DNA of 63,756 nt, filler included, from Octopus bimaculoides (lineage: Eukaryota): assembly GCF_001194135.2 (NCBI RefSeq). It is 5 parts of 4 records of this genome, joined end to end, with 100 filler letters (N's around TTAATTAATTAA, not from the genome) between each part and the next. Parts side by side here need not be neighbours in the genome. Positions count along the whole stretch, not along the records: positions 1 to 28,176 come from NC_068983.1; 4 more parts are not named here. One strand, 5' to 3'. The translations under genes were made by a program, and so were the position numbers. This document shows positions 1 through 13,602 of this stretch, piece by piece (within the stretch, counting starts at the first letter, position 1; the number at the start of each line of letters is the position of its first letter). The notes beneath the pieces are model-generated. The model was not told the DNA's origin. It did no database searches and saw only the letters and a list, made by a program, of their open reading frames with translations.

Positions 1-948
1 TATATATAGGTCTGTATATATATATATATATATATACAGACCTACGTACACGTCTGTACATGAGTGTAACGTTATGTGTAGAATTTATGTATGTCTACAT
101 GTGCACGCGTGTATGCATGTCCACAGCTGTGTGTATGTGTGTGTCTGCCTCTGCGTGTGTGTGAGTGTGTGCGTATTTGTGTCACATTTTTTTTAAAAAA
201 CATTTTGGCTTATGTCTTCACTCAGAATTTCCCGATCTCAATGTATAGTTACATGAAGAAAGGGAACGAGAAACACGAATTAGCGGGGCTCACATTAACT
301 TAGCTTTGAATGACTATTATTATTCCACTCAACAGTATTGACTGTATTTTGGTTAATTACATTTTATACTTGTGTGTGTGTATATATATATGCATATATG
401 TTTGTGTGTGTGTGTATCAATGCATATTAGCGTATATATATATATATATATATATATATACAAGGAGAGAGACACAGACAGACAGAGAGAAGTGTACTTA
501 TGCACTATCTCTTGCAAAATAGTTTTAGCAATCAATACTTCAGTTTATAATTGATGATATGCAAGTGAAAATAAAATTTGACAGGTAATTAAATTGAAAA
601 AGTCCAGATATGAGTAAAGTTGGCGAGTAAAATCAGTTTGGTAGATATAAAATCATAAAGTAAAGCATGTCAAAGAGAGAGAAAGAGAGAGAGACAGAGA
701 GAGAGCAAGAGAGGGTGGAAGAGATTACAGAATGTGAAAGTAGATGAACGAGATACAAGACTTGATATCTGTTCATACACACACAAACACTACGAATATA
801 CATACATACGTGTGTGTGTGACTGTGTGTGTGTGTATGTGTGTGGGTGTGTGAAAACGATACAGAAGGTGCATAATCTTGTTCTAGGACTTTGTGATCAC
901 GATCATAAAGTAGTCTCTTCTATTCCTGTCACGGACGGTGCGATGTGT

Positions 949-1103
949 TCATAAGTAAGGTTTTATTCCAGGATGAAAATCAGTGCCAACCACCTGATAC
1001 TGTAGCCTTTTCTCTTGATATTTGTCAATGATTCCTTGTTTCGCAGCGTCGGCTGCCGAAAGATGGGGAATGCTTCTATATCTCTCTGTGGCCAGATAGG
1101 TAC
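949..1103 (-). CDS. Candidate terminal exon, unknown protein (GTYLATERYRSIPHLSAADAAKQGIIDKYQEKRLQYQVVGTDFHPGIKPYL*)
   Basis: Strong acceptor TTCTGATATTTGTTTCAG|GT, 51 open codons to TGA; no homology recognised. Confidence 0.4.
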
Positions 1104-1246
1104 CTGAAACAAATATCAGAAGTATGAAAAATGCTATCAGCCACGACTGCACACCTGTGTGCATCCATGTGTGAGTGCGTGTATTTTTATATTCTTTATA
1201 TTATTTACATTGGACAGATATGTGTCGTCATCTTGTTTGTTGTTAC

Positions 1247-1288
1247 CACAACGTTTCGGCTGATTTACTCTCCAGCCTTCATCAGGTG
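1247..1288 (-). ncRNA. Minimal type I hammerhead ribozyme motif (Penelope-type)
   Basis: Minus strand reads CAC-CTGATGA-A-GGCTG(gagagtaaat)CAGCC-GAAAC-GT-T-GTG: intact core, 5-bp stem II, palindromic ACGT stem III, 3-bp stem I, GUU triplet. Confidence 0.7.
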
Positions 1289-1344
1289 TCCCGGTAGAAT
1301 TTTGAACTCAATCCTGGGTTCTCATTCCTAAGGTATTTTTTGCA

Positions 1345-1347
<3 letters not shown>

Positions 1348-1398
<51 letters not shown>

Positions 1399-1546
1399 GT
1401 TATTTATTCAAGGCACTGCCTGGAATCGAACTCGGAATCTTTACCATTAAGCTATATGCCCACGGGCATATAGAGCGCAGATTACTAACCCCAATATTCC
1501 GAGTTCAATTCCAGGCAGTGCCTTGAATAATAACAACAACAAGAAC

Positions 1547-1630
<84 letters not shown>

Positions 1631-1851
1631 AAGAAGAAGAAGAAGAAGAAGAAGAAGAAGAAGAAGAAATTCATACAAAAGGAAATTCATGCAAAAACGA
1701 GGATAAACTCTTCATTAATTAACAGAGATCCCAGAATTTCCTTTTACGGCGAGTGCGTTTAAATGGGAGAAATTATTCTCCTATGATGTACAGTACAGCG
1801 ATCAGCATATTTTCGTCTGAACCTGCCGAGGCGTGTTAAGAATAAACATGC

Positions 1852-1936
<85 letters not shown>

Positions 1937-1968
1937 TATAGATAGATAGATAGTGATAGATAGATAGA
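1348..1968. repeat. Microsatellite cluster (ATT)n, (AAT)n, (AAG)n, (GACA)n/(GATA)n
   Basis: Directly visible simple repeats. Confidence 0.95.
1405..1530. mobile_element. Head-to-head pair of tRNA-derived SINE-like heads with (TAA)n tails
   Basis: Inverted copies of ttcaaggcactgcctggaatygaactcggaat. The minus copy has A box TAGCTTAATGG (1444-1454) and B box GAGTTCGATTCC (1422-1433); the plus copy has a B box at 1501-1512. Perfect 10-bp hairpin at 1452-1473 in the centre. Confidence 0.65.
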
Positions 1969-2149
1969 TTGTCGTCTTCTTACTGGTTTTTTACGCGTTA
2001 GTGTACCTGCGGTATCATTTCAATGAAAGCCCTTTCAACGTAAAGCAAAACCGATACTTACAGGTTTCAGCTTAGATTGCGAAGCATCATTATACCTTTG
2101 CATTCAAAATTACTCCTTGATCTTCCTTAATATTTACCTTAATTCTTAC

Positions 2150-2237
2150 GTCTTTCCATCACGACAACTTCGGCCTTGCATCATTTTTCCTTTGTAACAA
2201 TCCTCATTTGCTCTGAGAGAGCAGATAGCAGGGTCTC
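2150..2237 (-). CDS. Candidate Cys-containing internal exon (GDPAICSLRANEDCYKGKMMQGRSCRDGK)
   Basis: Acceptor TGTCTGCTTCTCAG, donor GAC|GTAAGA, open frame, phase 1 to phase 2. Confidence 0.4.
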
Positions 2238-3539
2238 CTGAGAAGCAGACATATTTCGTTGCAGTATTTAGTTCCATACTTTTGCGATCTAATTTCTAAT
2301 CTTATCCAAGTCACCTTTGCGATTTACCTTTTAGTATGATGTTCGTCAAAAATACAAACACTTAGTCTACACTTCCGAACTTCCCACTGCATTTCTGTAT
2401 CTCCTTGTCCTTCTTTCATCTTGCATATCTGTATCTTTGCTTACTAGCTCTTGCGAACAGCATTTAGTTTAAACCCCACTTCTCTCATTCTCCCTGTTGT
2501 CCACACGCACACGCGCTGTTTTCTCTCTTTATTTCTCCCGGTCCTTAAATTGGCGCTACCTACGTGCGCTTTCATCATGCCTTGTGAATCTCACAATTTA
2601 AACTTTCTTGTAGTTCATGGTTTGGGGTTTATTTTTCACAGTACTTTCTTGACTATATTACAAAGAGTAAAAACGACCTGTTTTTTTTTCTTCATATGTA
2701 TTGTTCCCTAACAGCTCTGTTTTTTATGCATGTGTGAGGGTGTGAGACTGAGGGGCAGGCGTGGGCTATTTTCTATTCTGTTATTCCGCCACATGCATAT
2801 TAATTTATGACATATAGAGAGAGTCTCTCACACTGACTAAAGTAATTTCATTATAAATGGATAAAAAATATAAGCAACACAGGGAAGAGAAATGAAACAG
2901 GATTAAAAGAAAATTGGATTAACCAGATGAGTGAAACTGAATGATAAAACGGAAAACAAGAAAACACAGGAAGGCTGAAAACAAATAAGTGAGGATATAA
3001 AAAGAAACTGACAAATGAATAAAGAAATAAATGGCAGGAAGAAAGGAAATTATAAAGTAAAAACGAAAATACATAAAGGAGGCAGTATAACAGTTTTAAC
3101 AATACCTTACTGAAATATAGTGGAAAGTAGACGCCATTAAAAGTTTCCAAAACGTTAAAAATATTTCATATGTCCAGGATACAGAGGTTTTATTGTACCA
3201 TTCGGATTTCCGGCGTGTTTAGCGTTAGTGAGACAGATGTAGCCTTTAATAAATATTGCAGGTATAATTTTCAGAAGCAACCGGTTTCTATTTCTCAATA
3301 CCAAAGAACAATTTAGAATTAAGTGTCCCACAACAATACTGATAAATATAACTAAATTAAGTGCAACATAACTGAACACCCAACTATTGGGATGATGGGA
3401 AGTCGAGCATGCAAATCTCCAGTCACTTAATCAGAAACGGAATTTATAAAAGGTGAAGGAATTTTTAAAAAAATCAGAATGGTGCGACCAGAGGCAACGG
3501 TCTGGAATATTTAACACACCTTCACTAGAATTATATCTC

Positions 3540-3770
3540 TAGATAACTTGTGATATGAGTGTTATCAATCACTTCCTATGTCATACATCAATCCTCTCAT
3601 CAGTTGGAGAAATTTAGAAAAAGTAATGTTGTCGACCTTGACACCAGCGAAGATTTTGACCATATCTGGAATATGAATCTCTCACCGAAACTTCATACCA
3701 GTGCGATCTTACCGTCTTTAACTTTCCCAGCATGATTTGACAGAGTTCTTTATATCCAACATTCTATCTT
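3540..3770 (+). mobile_element. Degenerate CR1/Jockey-like LINE RT fragment
   Basis: Translates VVDLDTSEDFDHIWNMNLSPKL, matching the RT motif ALDISKAFDRVWH..LL.KL. Confidence 0.55.
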
Positions 3771-4170
3771 TTTAACATATTCGAGGGTTCAGTTGTCTCA
3801 AATCTCTTCTCCTGTGTATCAAATGAACATACACACACACACCTACACAAACATAGAATGGGAGTCTTGTGTTTATGGGTATTGTGTAAATGTCTATAAA
3901 CGCAAGCATAGCCGCGTTGTTAAGAAGATTGCTTTGCAGATTTGACGCGCCGCATTCGCTCCTAACGCATGTTAACTTGTACGAATGTTTGTTACCATAG
4001 CTTGAAATTGTGCAGAAGGCACATATCATAGAAAAGATTTCCTATTTGTTTGGGTATATAATTTTCAGACTTGCTGCGTATATATGAATATAACTGATGT
4101 GTGTATACATATGTATGTGTAAGTGTGTGTATATGTACGTATGTATGGTATGTATGTATATAAATGCACG

Positions 4171-4221
<51 letters not shown>

Positions 4222-4229
4222 TAACTACT

Positions 4230-4470
4230 ACGGCACTGTGTCGGTAACGGTGACGCAGGTTCCAATTGATCAAATCAAAGGAACAGCCTGCTCGTAAAAT
4301 TAACGTGCAATTGGCTGAGCAATACACAGACACGTGTACCCTTAACGTAGTTCTCGGGGAGATTCAGCGTGACACAGTGTAACAAGGCTGGACCTTCGAA
4401 ATACAGGTACAACAGAAACAGGAAGAAAGATTGAGAGAAAGTTCTGGTAAAAGAGTACAGCAGGATTAGC
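4230..4470 (+). repeat. Interspersed repeat fragment (SINE-like 3' portion)
   Basis: Resembles an abundant cephalopod repeat from recall (acacgtgtacccttaacgtagttctcggggagattcagcgtgacac...); not verified. Confidence 0.4.
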
Positions 4471-4830
4471 CACCAACGTCGACAACGCTTAACGTTGTGA
4501 TAAGAGACCCATTCTTCATCACTGGTGACCAGTCTGTCCAAAAAGGGTGAGATGAGTTCACAAGAACGGGAGTTTTGGGACCTTTCCAAATTGTTGAAGA
4601 GGGCAGTGAACAGTTGTATGGCTTAAACGAAGCTTGCTTGCCAACTCTTTAACTGAAACTGCATGATCTTTTTCAAGTTCTGCCAAAAAGACCTTGCTGT
4701 CAAACTCAATTGAACGTCGGGTTCGAGCCTCATCTTCAAAGCTGAAATCTCTACTTCTGAATTTTACAAACCATCTTATACCAGTTCTTTCATTCAGGCA
4801 CTCTTCTCCATAAACTGAGTGGATATATAT
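4470..4830 (-). mobile_element. Mariner transposase pseudogene, N-terminal HTH to first catalytic D
   Basis: RWFVKFRSRDFSFEDEARTRRSIEFD and FLDRLVTSDEEWVSYHNVKR match mariner WF.KFRSGD.SLED..R.GRP and FL.RIVTGDEKW. Confidence 0.85.
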
Positions 4831-4844
4831 ATGGTGGGGGTACG

Positions 4845-5310
<466 letters not shown>

Positions 5311-7661
5311 TAATATACACACACACACATGCACACATACACACATAGACGTTTCAGTGCATGTATTCATATGTAATTGAATCTCACAGGACATGCATTC
5401 GATCAATAGAAAATAGTAGAGAAAGCAGGCTTTCACCAAGATATGCTGATTATTTTGAAATAAATATTCCACCACTCAGAATATTGAGTTCTTTAATTCT
5501 TGGTGTTTATCATACATAGCGCTGAGAGACATGTACGCAAATACAAAAGCATATATATATGCACATGTGTATGTATGTATGTATGTATGTGTGAATGAAT
5601 GTATGCGTGCGTATGTGTGATAAACTGTTGTTATTGAAATATATAACTATTATCTTTCCTTCTTTGCCTAGTACTGTCAATTATACTTATTTAACAAGAG
5701 AGCAAAATGGATGCATTAACGCTATTGAATTTTCTAATATATGTGTTCAACTAAATCCATATNNNNNNNNNNNNNNNNNNNNNNNNNNNNNNNNNNNNNN
5801 NNNNNNNNNNNNNNNNNNNNNNNNNNNNNNNNNNNNNNNNNNNNNNNNNNNNNNNNNNNNNNNNNNNNNNNNNNNNNNNNNNNNNNNNNNNNNNNNNNNN
5901 NNNNNNNNNNNNNNNNNNNNNNNNNNNNNNNNNNNNNNNNNNNNNNNNNNNNNNNNNNNNNNNNNNNNNNNNNNNNNNNNNNNNNNNNNNNNNNNNNNNN
6001 NNNNNNNNNNNNNNNNNNNNNNNNNNNNNNNNNNNNNNNNNNNNNNNNNNNNNNNNNNNNNNNNNNNNNNNNNNNNNNNNNNNNNNNNNNNNNNNNNNNN
6101 NNNNNNNNNNNNNNNNNNNNNNNNNNNNNNNNNNNNNNNNNNNNNNNNNNNNNNNNNNNNNNNNNNNNNNNNNNNNNNNNNNNNNNNNNNNNNNNNNNNN
6201 NNNNNNNNNNNNNNNNNNNNNNNNNNNNNNNNNNNNNNNNNNNNNNNNNNNNNNNNNNNNNNNNNNNNNNNNNNNNNNNNNNNNNNNNNNNNNNNNNNNN
6301 NNNNNNNNNNNNNNNNNNNNNNNNNNNNNNNNNNNNNNNNNNNNNNNNNNNNNNNNNNNNNNNNNNNNNNNNNNNNNNNNNNNNNNNNNNNNNNNATATA
6401 TATATATATATATATATAAATATAAATGTATGTATGTATATGCTTCTATGCATGTATATCTGTATATATGCATGTACGTATGTACGTATGTACGTACGTA
6501 CGTACGTAAATGCATATTCCATGTCGGAGACCATAACTTTTACACCTACGTTGCTGACATTTTGCGTAGGGAGTACACCTTTTGATGAAGAAGGTTATAT
6601 TCTATTTAGGCTCTATTTTGATCTGTATTTGTTTTGGGTTTTTGTTTGGGTTTTTCTCTGTGTTTTTGAAATTCCTGCTTGAACTATCTTCTAAAAGCCT
6701 TTGATGCAAAAAAAAAAAAACTTTAATGAATCGTTATTCCTCGACCGAATGAAGATTGTCAGCATCTCTTAGAAACAATATATCTTAAATATAGTGAATT
6801 CATATTATTGCATTTATTTTAAGTATTAATGAATTCAGGCAATGTTGAGTACTGTTGTTAGTCTGAAATAAGTTAATTTAGTAAAAATAGTAAGGTGACT
6901 AGTGTTATGGATCTACTCTAAGCAGGCACCTATACATTGGAATGTAACAGTTGGGTGAGGAGTTGCATCCTTGGTAGTCAGAGTAATCTTGTGGTATTCC
7001 TTGATTGACCTAACTTGGAGGCTCTCCTGTATCAAGAGAACTGATTCATTCATCTCTTCACATATTTTTATACTATGTAAACTTTTTTATCTCATTTCCC
7101 CATTTGTCCCTTTTTTTCCTTCATCCTTTTTATCTAAATCCCTCAAAACTCTCCTTCTAATGGCTCTATCATTTGATGCCTCTGTAGGAAATAAAAGAAA
7201 TGATAATGTTTTGTTTGCTTTTGTTTTTTTTTTTTTACGGAACATATTATAGATTACCTTTTGCGTAAATGTTCTCATAGAAATTAAAAAATTAATGTCG
7301 ATACGACAACACTTATAAACATAGAAACTTAGAGACATATACATTCACAAATTTGTTGCCATTTCTGTGTTTACTTCATACTATTTAAATACCAACTCAA
7401 TTATTTATTTCATTTTCATTTGGGAACAAACGCAATACATTTTAGTGTTATAATGCATTTATTTGAATGATGAGATTCAATATATTTCGTACCTTTTAAA
7501 ATAACTTAACAAAGAAAAAATACCTATCTAATCACACCTTGCTGTTTAATATAACCGTGCTGACGTTGACTTTTGCAGCTATGACATCATTTACAATATC
7601 TGTGACGTTGCTGACTATATATCTTTTACACTATAAACCATTACATTATGCTTCCCACTAC

Positions 7662-7738
7662 CTGTTCCAACGCCCTCGTTTTCTTCAATGAATTTCTCTG
7701 AAAACTCAGCCGAACGTTTTGCATAATTGTTCGTTGAC
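7662..7738 (-). CDS. Candidate internal exon (STNNYAKRSAEFSEKFIEENEGVGT)
   Basis: Acceptor TTTTAACTTGTAAAG, donor CAG|GTAGTG, phase 2 to phase 1, compatible with the neighbouring candidates. Confidence 0.35.
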
Positions 7739-8036
7739 CTTTACAAGTTAAAACGCGACTGTAACACTATTAGACTTGACAAAATATCCGCTTCTTTCAG
7801 TGTAGTAAGTTATGGAAATGTTACGTAATCTGTTAGCCTCTAGCAAAGTAAACCAGGATAACAAAAATTAAAATACAGATGAAATAGAAAGTCTTACGGT
7901 ATATCATCAAAACAAACACGTTGCATAACGAGAAAAAAGAATAACATCCACTAAACAGAACCATGCAAAATGAAAATTATCTGCCGAAAATTTCTTGTGT
8001 GTGAGAGAAAGAGAGACAGATAGACAGACAGACTGA

Positions 8037-8075
<39 letters not shown>

Positions 8076-8246
8076 CATATATGCGTGCATGCGGCGTGTA
8101 CATGCGTATATCTATGTGCACATATATATGTGTATATGCATTTACATAGGGATGTATATGTATGCAAATGCATTTATGCTTATATATCTGTGTGAGAGTC
8201 TATAAACGCGCATATAGTTGTGTGTGTGTGTGTTTGTGTGTGTGTT

Positions 8247-8281
<35 letters not shown>

Positions 8282-8834
8282 CTGTGTTTATAAGACCTTT
8301 CACATGTTTAATATAAGTAAAATACGTCGCTATTATACAGGTACATCGTGAACCGCAAACAAGTAAAAGGTCATGCTATTGATTAGCAAATATTCTCTCT
8401 CCACCAAGTAACAAACATTTGTTTACCAGCATGATGAGTCCTGTGTTTGCGTCTTGTCCTATCATAACAAGTTTTATCCATTGAGACTATGAAGTTGTTT
8501 ACATCAGAAAACCTGTCTCATTATTTTCTCAATTCCCCCTGAATCCAACTAAACTATTTTTCATAATGGTTTCTTCCGCAGAACTGTGCAAATCTCAGGA
8601 AATGAGTATGATCAAGTTTATTTTATTTTTCAGGAGATCGACCCTAATTCTAACTGAATATGAAAAGGATAGGTAGATTGGACGTATTAGAATTACCGCA
8701 GAAGGAAAAAAGATATTGCGCTTTTGACACTAACGATCCAATGATAATGCATCTAATTGGTCGCACGAAGTGCTGGAATAGCAGCCAAACTTCCTTCAGA
8801 TCACACTACAGTGTTTAAGAAAGAGAAATTGACT

Positions 8835-9203
8835 TTAAATTTTGGCACAAAGCTAGCAATTTCGGTGTAAGGGCTAAGTCAATTAAATCGACCCCAATGT
8901 TCGACCCTGGTGGCATTTGACTCTGAACGTAAAGACGGACGTAATGCCGCTAACGATTCCTATTTCTTTATTGCCCACAAGGAGCTACACATAGAGGGAA
9001 CAAACAAAGACAGACAAACGGATTAAGGCGATTATATAGACCCAAGTACGTAACTGGTACATATTTAATCGACCTCGAAAGGATGAAAGGAAAAGTCGAC
9101 CTCGGCGGAATTTGACCTCAAAACGTAACGGCAGACAAAATACTGCTAAGCATTTCGCCCAGCGTGCTAACGTTTCTGCCAGCTCGCCGCCAACGATTCT
9201 GCC
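8835..9203 (-). mobile_element. SINE family B (Meta/MESC-like central domain): young copy 8960-9191 nested in an older copy
   Basis: Head GGCGGCGAGCTGGCAGAAACGTTAGCACG, central GTCGACTTT..CTTTCATCCTTTCGAGGTCGAT; aacgattc duplicated at 8952-8959 and 9192-9199. Confidence 0.85.
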
Positions 9204-9499
9204 AACATACCCCCTTATGCCTAAAAAAAACATACTAAAGCCACTTTGATAATGTAGCCATAGTTATTAAAAGGCAGGATTGTCAATGCTGGACTATCAC
9301 GTTAATATATCATTTCAACTAGACCAGGGCCTACAACGTGGAAGCAATACAATGAATGTAGCCTATTTACATTAGTATTGGTAAATAATAAGGAATAAGA
9401 AATAGCCACCCGTTTTACCCCTTACATCCGTTGATGTAAGCCAGTATTTTTATTGTTCCCTATCCCGTTTTCATTCATTTCATTTAACAATATCCTTTA

Positions 9500-9860
9500 A
9501 TGCTCTATGAAAATGCATGACGGTTACAGCTTTCCAATTCACTGTTTATCATAAATATAAAACTAGAGGAAGACCTCGGTTTTTGTTGATAGATGGGGTG
9601 AGGAAAGTTTTGGTGGTTAGAGGTATTGGAGTGAGAGAGCCAAGAGAGTTTATAAATGATAGGAAAGCTTGGAGAGTGTTTGTAGACGGATAAGTGAATT
9701 TGATGTTGCTCAAAGGAGTACGGAGCCAGCATGATGCGGCGGGGTAAACCAGCATATGCTGTCGAGCACCGTTGCTGGTATTGGGGGTTGCATTCTATGC
9801 CTTGACCCGAGTATAGAACGAGGCTCACCTCTTTGAGCTGGGAAATGAATGGAAAGCCTT
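9500..9860 (+). mobile_element. RTE-type LINE 3' end fragment
   Basis: Translates RGRPRFLLIDGVRKVLVVRG...DRKAWRVFVDG*, matching the RTE C-terminal RGRP..RW.D....DR..WR motif. Confidence 0.6.
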
Positions 9861-10237
9861 GTGTGTGTCTTCTTGTGGCTACCCGCCACCTTTAAAATAA
9901 AATGGAGAATAGGCCAGTGTATATAAAACAAAATGAAACCGTGTGATAAGCAGCAGGGCATAATTATTAGACCGTTGGCCTCATAACCATGAGTTCGTGG
10001 ATTCAGTTACTGGACCGAGCAAAGCGTTATGTTCTTGATGAAACAGTTCAATTTCACGTTTTTCACGTTTCTCCAATCGAATAGGAATACCAACCATGAT
10101 TGTCTATGTCTTCTCGCGATTATATCGAAACCTAAAACAATTAATGAAAGCGTGATACATGCTAATGAGTCATATTTGTTTGCGCCTGATTGCTATGATG
10201 CTAAACAAGCGACTAATAGATCAATATTTACAGTTAC

Positions 10238-10334
10238 CTGTAATAGAAGGGTCCCAAAGTGCACAAGTCACTAACAATTCGATTGTTCGATCTCGTTTCA
10301 AATGTCGTTACAACAAAATCGCCTTTTAAAAATT
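10238..10334 (-). CDS. Candidate internal exon (FLKGDFVVTTFETRSNNRIVSDLCTLGPFYY)
   Basis: Acceptor TGTTGTATTCTAG, donor CAG|GTAACT, 97 nt, phase 1 to phase 2. Confidence 0.4.
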
Positions 10335-12560
10335 CTAGAATACAACATCTCAGTAACCCACATATATGAAAAATATAAGACTACTTTAGAAAGGAAGAGT
10401 ATCATCGAGACGAATTTGTGATGATTTTTAGTTTCCCCTTCTTGCCTTTTTCTGTTACTGGCATGATATTTTACTTAGACTTAAAATACTTGCTGGAAAA
10501 CATAAATGTCAAAATTCAAGCTGTTCTGAAAGCATAAAATGATTTGTTTCTGTACCTGAGCCAATGTACGACGATTAGCTATTATTATGAAGGAGCCTTA
10601 ATGTGGTGGAAAATATCCTAAAAATAGTAGCTGAATATTCCTCATGCCATATAGTACTGTTTAAAAATTGCAAGAACGCATTGTACAATATAGTCCTACG
10701 TGAAGTATGCCTGAAAAAAAAAACATAAAAGAAATAATTGCCATAGTTGGAATATCTGTGATCAAATATTCATCTCTGTTTGTGCAAGCTTTAGTATAAA
10801 CAATCACAACAACTAAAACACATATAGTTATTGTTACTCCTTGATTACATAAAGGAAAATAAGATGATTACAATAATTTCGTAATAGAAACATATAATCA
10901 ACCCGAGCTGATTGAAGCAGCCCATCATGATTTGAACTCAGAATGTTGAACTGATCAAAGTATAGAAAGATAATGATTCCGGCGCTCTCCTGTAGTTACT
11001 ACATTTATCGCCTGCGATAGTTGTGAGTAATGCTGATTCTGGAAAATTGTTTCATCAGACGTATACTTTCTTTCTTATTAATTTAAATCTATATTTGACT
11101 TAATTTTGTTTTTTTATTCAACTAAGATTTCTTTTCTTTTTCAATCAAATTTATCAATAAGACCAATTTCAATTAAAGCTACATCATAGACCTTATGTAT
11201 GTTTTAATGAGATTTATCAATCAACTATTCTAATAAATATTTCAATTAAATACACAAAATCCACAATGTCTTCTCTTTTTTATTAAAAATTTTCAATTAA
11301 ATATTTTGATAAACAAGAATTTATTTTGTACATTCAAATATATTAATGTACGAAGTAAATTAATATAAAATAACAATGTGTAAACATGAGTTGTCTGTCA
11401 TCAAATACATTTCATAAGAATTAACTGAAGTATGTAATATATGTATGATACGTGTTAACGGTAAATGTCCGATTGAATCTAGAGTTGACGAGTGAATAGC
11501 CCAGCAAATATAGAAGCAGTGATATCGATAATTGTGGCGAATCCAACCCTAAAACAGGTCCTGAGAAAAAAGCCTTTCAAAGGATAAGAGAGCAAAACAG
11601 GGAGAGAGTGAGAGGGAGAGAGAGGGAGAGAGAGAGAGGGAGAGAGAGAGAGAGGGAGAGAAATATGAGAGTGACAAGGAATGCCTACGTAACTCATAGT
11701 TTGTTCCCAGGAATATATGACGAAAACGGACAACTTACTCTTTTCAAATATTCTGCGATATTCCCACTTGCTGTTTGGAAATATCAGGATATGCTGTTTG
11801 TTGAGGATCCATCGTGCACCAAACCTGTTACGAGGATACCCGATTGTCTCACTTTTGAAAACTTTGTCAGGAAATGTGTCATTTTATTCTGTCTAAAATA
11901 GAATATTAAATGTTGCCTCGACTAGGCCCTGTCAGTTTTAACAATGCCGTTGATATTCATATTAACAAGACAATACCTAAGTGACATTAACGTGACGTTG
12001 CAACATATCATACAGCAAAAATTATATTTATTATTGTACATGGGAACGTATTTAATAGAGAGAATTAAATACTATTAACTTATTTTAAATTGTTAATAAT
12101 ACAAATCTCTCAAATTTATCTGACACTAATTGTTTTGAGAGATATAAATGAGTAATATTTAGGAAATTTTGTGAAAGAATTTCAGTATTAAATCACCTAG
12201 TTAACAAAAGCCACTTGTTTCTAAACTAGATAATCGACATTTCAAAATCAAATTATATTCACTTCATCTGGTGCAAGCAATAACATGTGCTTTTACTAGA
12301 AGACTTGTACAACTTTCAGTTAAGTAGTGATACTTTCCAGTAGAATTAAGTCTCTAGATAATATATTATATCTATTACTATATAATAAAGTCGAAATATA
12401 ACTTTATTTATAAACTCCATTCCTCCAATTGCTATGCGGTCAGCGTCTCTTACACAAGACAACGTGAAATTGCCAGTCTTTAATGGGTTGCACCAACTCA
12501 TTTCTTTTTAATTGAGTTTTTCATTTCAAAAGGGACAATGTTCAATTGGATATTTTTCAG

Positions 12561-12657
12561 GTGGATGATCAACTTGAATACCTAAAGATCAATGTTTTCA
12601 AAGAAAATATGTGTTGGAAGGAAATTTCGAAGGATTGCGGTCTTGTGTATGGATATG
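12561..12657 (+). CDS. Candidate exon (VDDQLEYLKINVFKENMCWKEISKDCGLVYGY)
   Basis: Acceptor gatatttttcag, donor ATG|gtgatt, 97 nt open frame in AT-rich surroundings. Confidence 0.35.
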
Positions 12658-13278
12658 GTGATTAGTGCAGTTAGCGGGTATTTTTTATATAACGAAAGAG
12701 ATTATAGACATGTACGAAGAGAGAAAAAAAAAAACAAAAGAAAATTAGCGCGTATGCTTTCTTAGAATAATAGTGCATTGGTGATTGGATATGGTCTACG
12801 ATATATATCTTTCTAGCAGCTGTTTGAACTCATAAACGTTAACAATGCTCTATTGTTGATCTTATTTCACCTTTGCAAAGCTGAAGTCTGACTCGAATAT
12901 GTTGAATGCATTGAGTCAAGAGATATTTACAAAAAGGAATGTTCTACAATATATACTGGCCATTTGCAAAATACTAGCCGTTTTAGAAGACTGAAACATT
13001 TAAGGGCCTAAACTGAACGGAAATAAATTTTTCTGGAATGTTCTACTTCCTAGTCGGTTGTGAGATTTATCAATATTTTAGAACATTTAATGTCTAATAG
13101 AAGTAAGAGCTTTATTCTTCCTATATCTGTTTGTGTCTTCCTCTTACGGTAGAACAACATGTCACATATCAAACAATACGAAGTCAAACTGCCGTTAATG
13201 GAAGACATAGATTACATGATGCTGTTGACAGGAAGTGTCATATGCAAAGCAAACATTTGACGTTTGGTGTCGTGCAGG

Positions 13279-13332
<54 letters not shown>

Positions 13333-13419
13333 ATTGCAGTTCATTCCAATTTTGGCTCACGGACAGGAATTTTAGGGGAAAGTAAGTTGATTAGGTTGAG
13401 CGCAGTACTTGATTGGTAT

Positions 13420-13545
13420 TTATTATATCAACCCCCGAAAGAATAAAAGACGAAGTCAACCTTGAGAGATCTCAGAGCGGCGCGACGGATGAAATGCTAG
13501 GCGGCATTTCATCCGGTGCTGTAACGATTCTGCTAGCTTCGGCAC

Positions 13546-13602
<57 letters not shown>

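Noticed and set aside
1464-1527. Possible tRNA gene
   Set aside because: The A box is missing in this copy, the anticodon stem does not pair, and it is followed by (TAA)n; this is a SINE-like head, not a tRNA.
1447-1762. Poly-F/L/I/N/K ORFs
   Set aside because: Translations of (AAT)n and (AAG)n microsatellites.
5595-6682. Long ORFs spanning N runs (here and at about 18, 22, 27, 29, 31, 35.5, 41.5, 51 and 60 kb)
   Set aside because: They are open only because N codons contain no stops.
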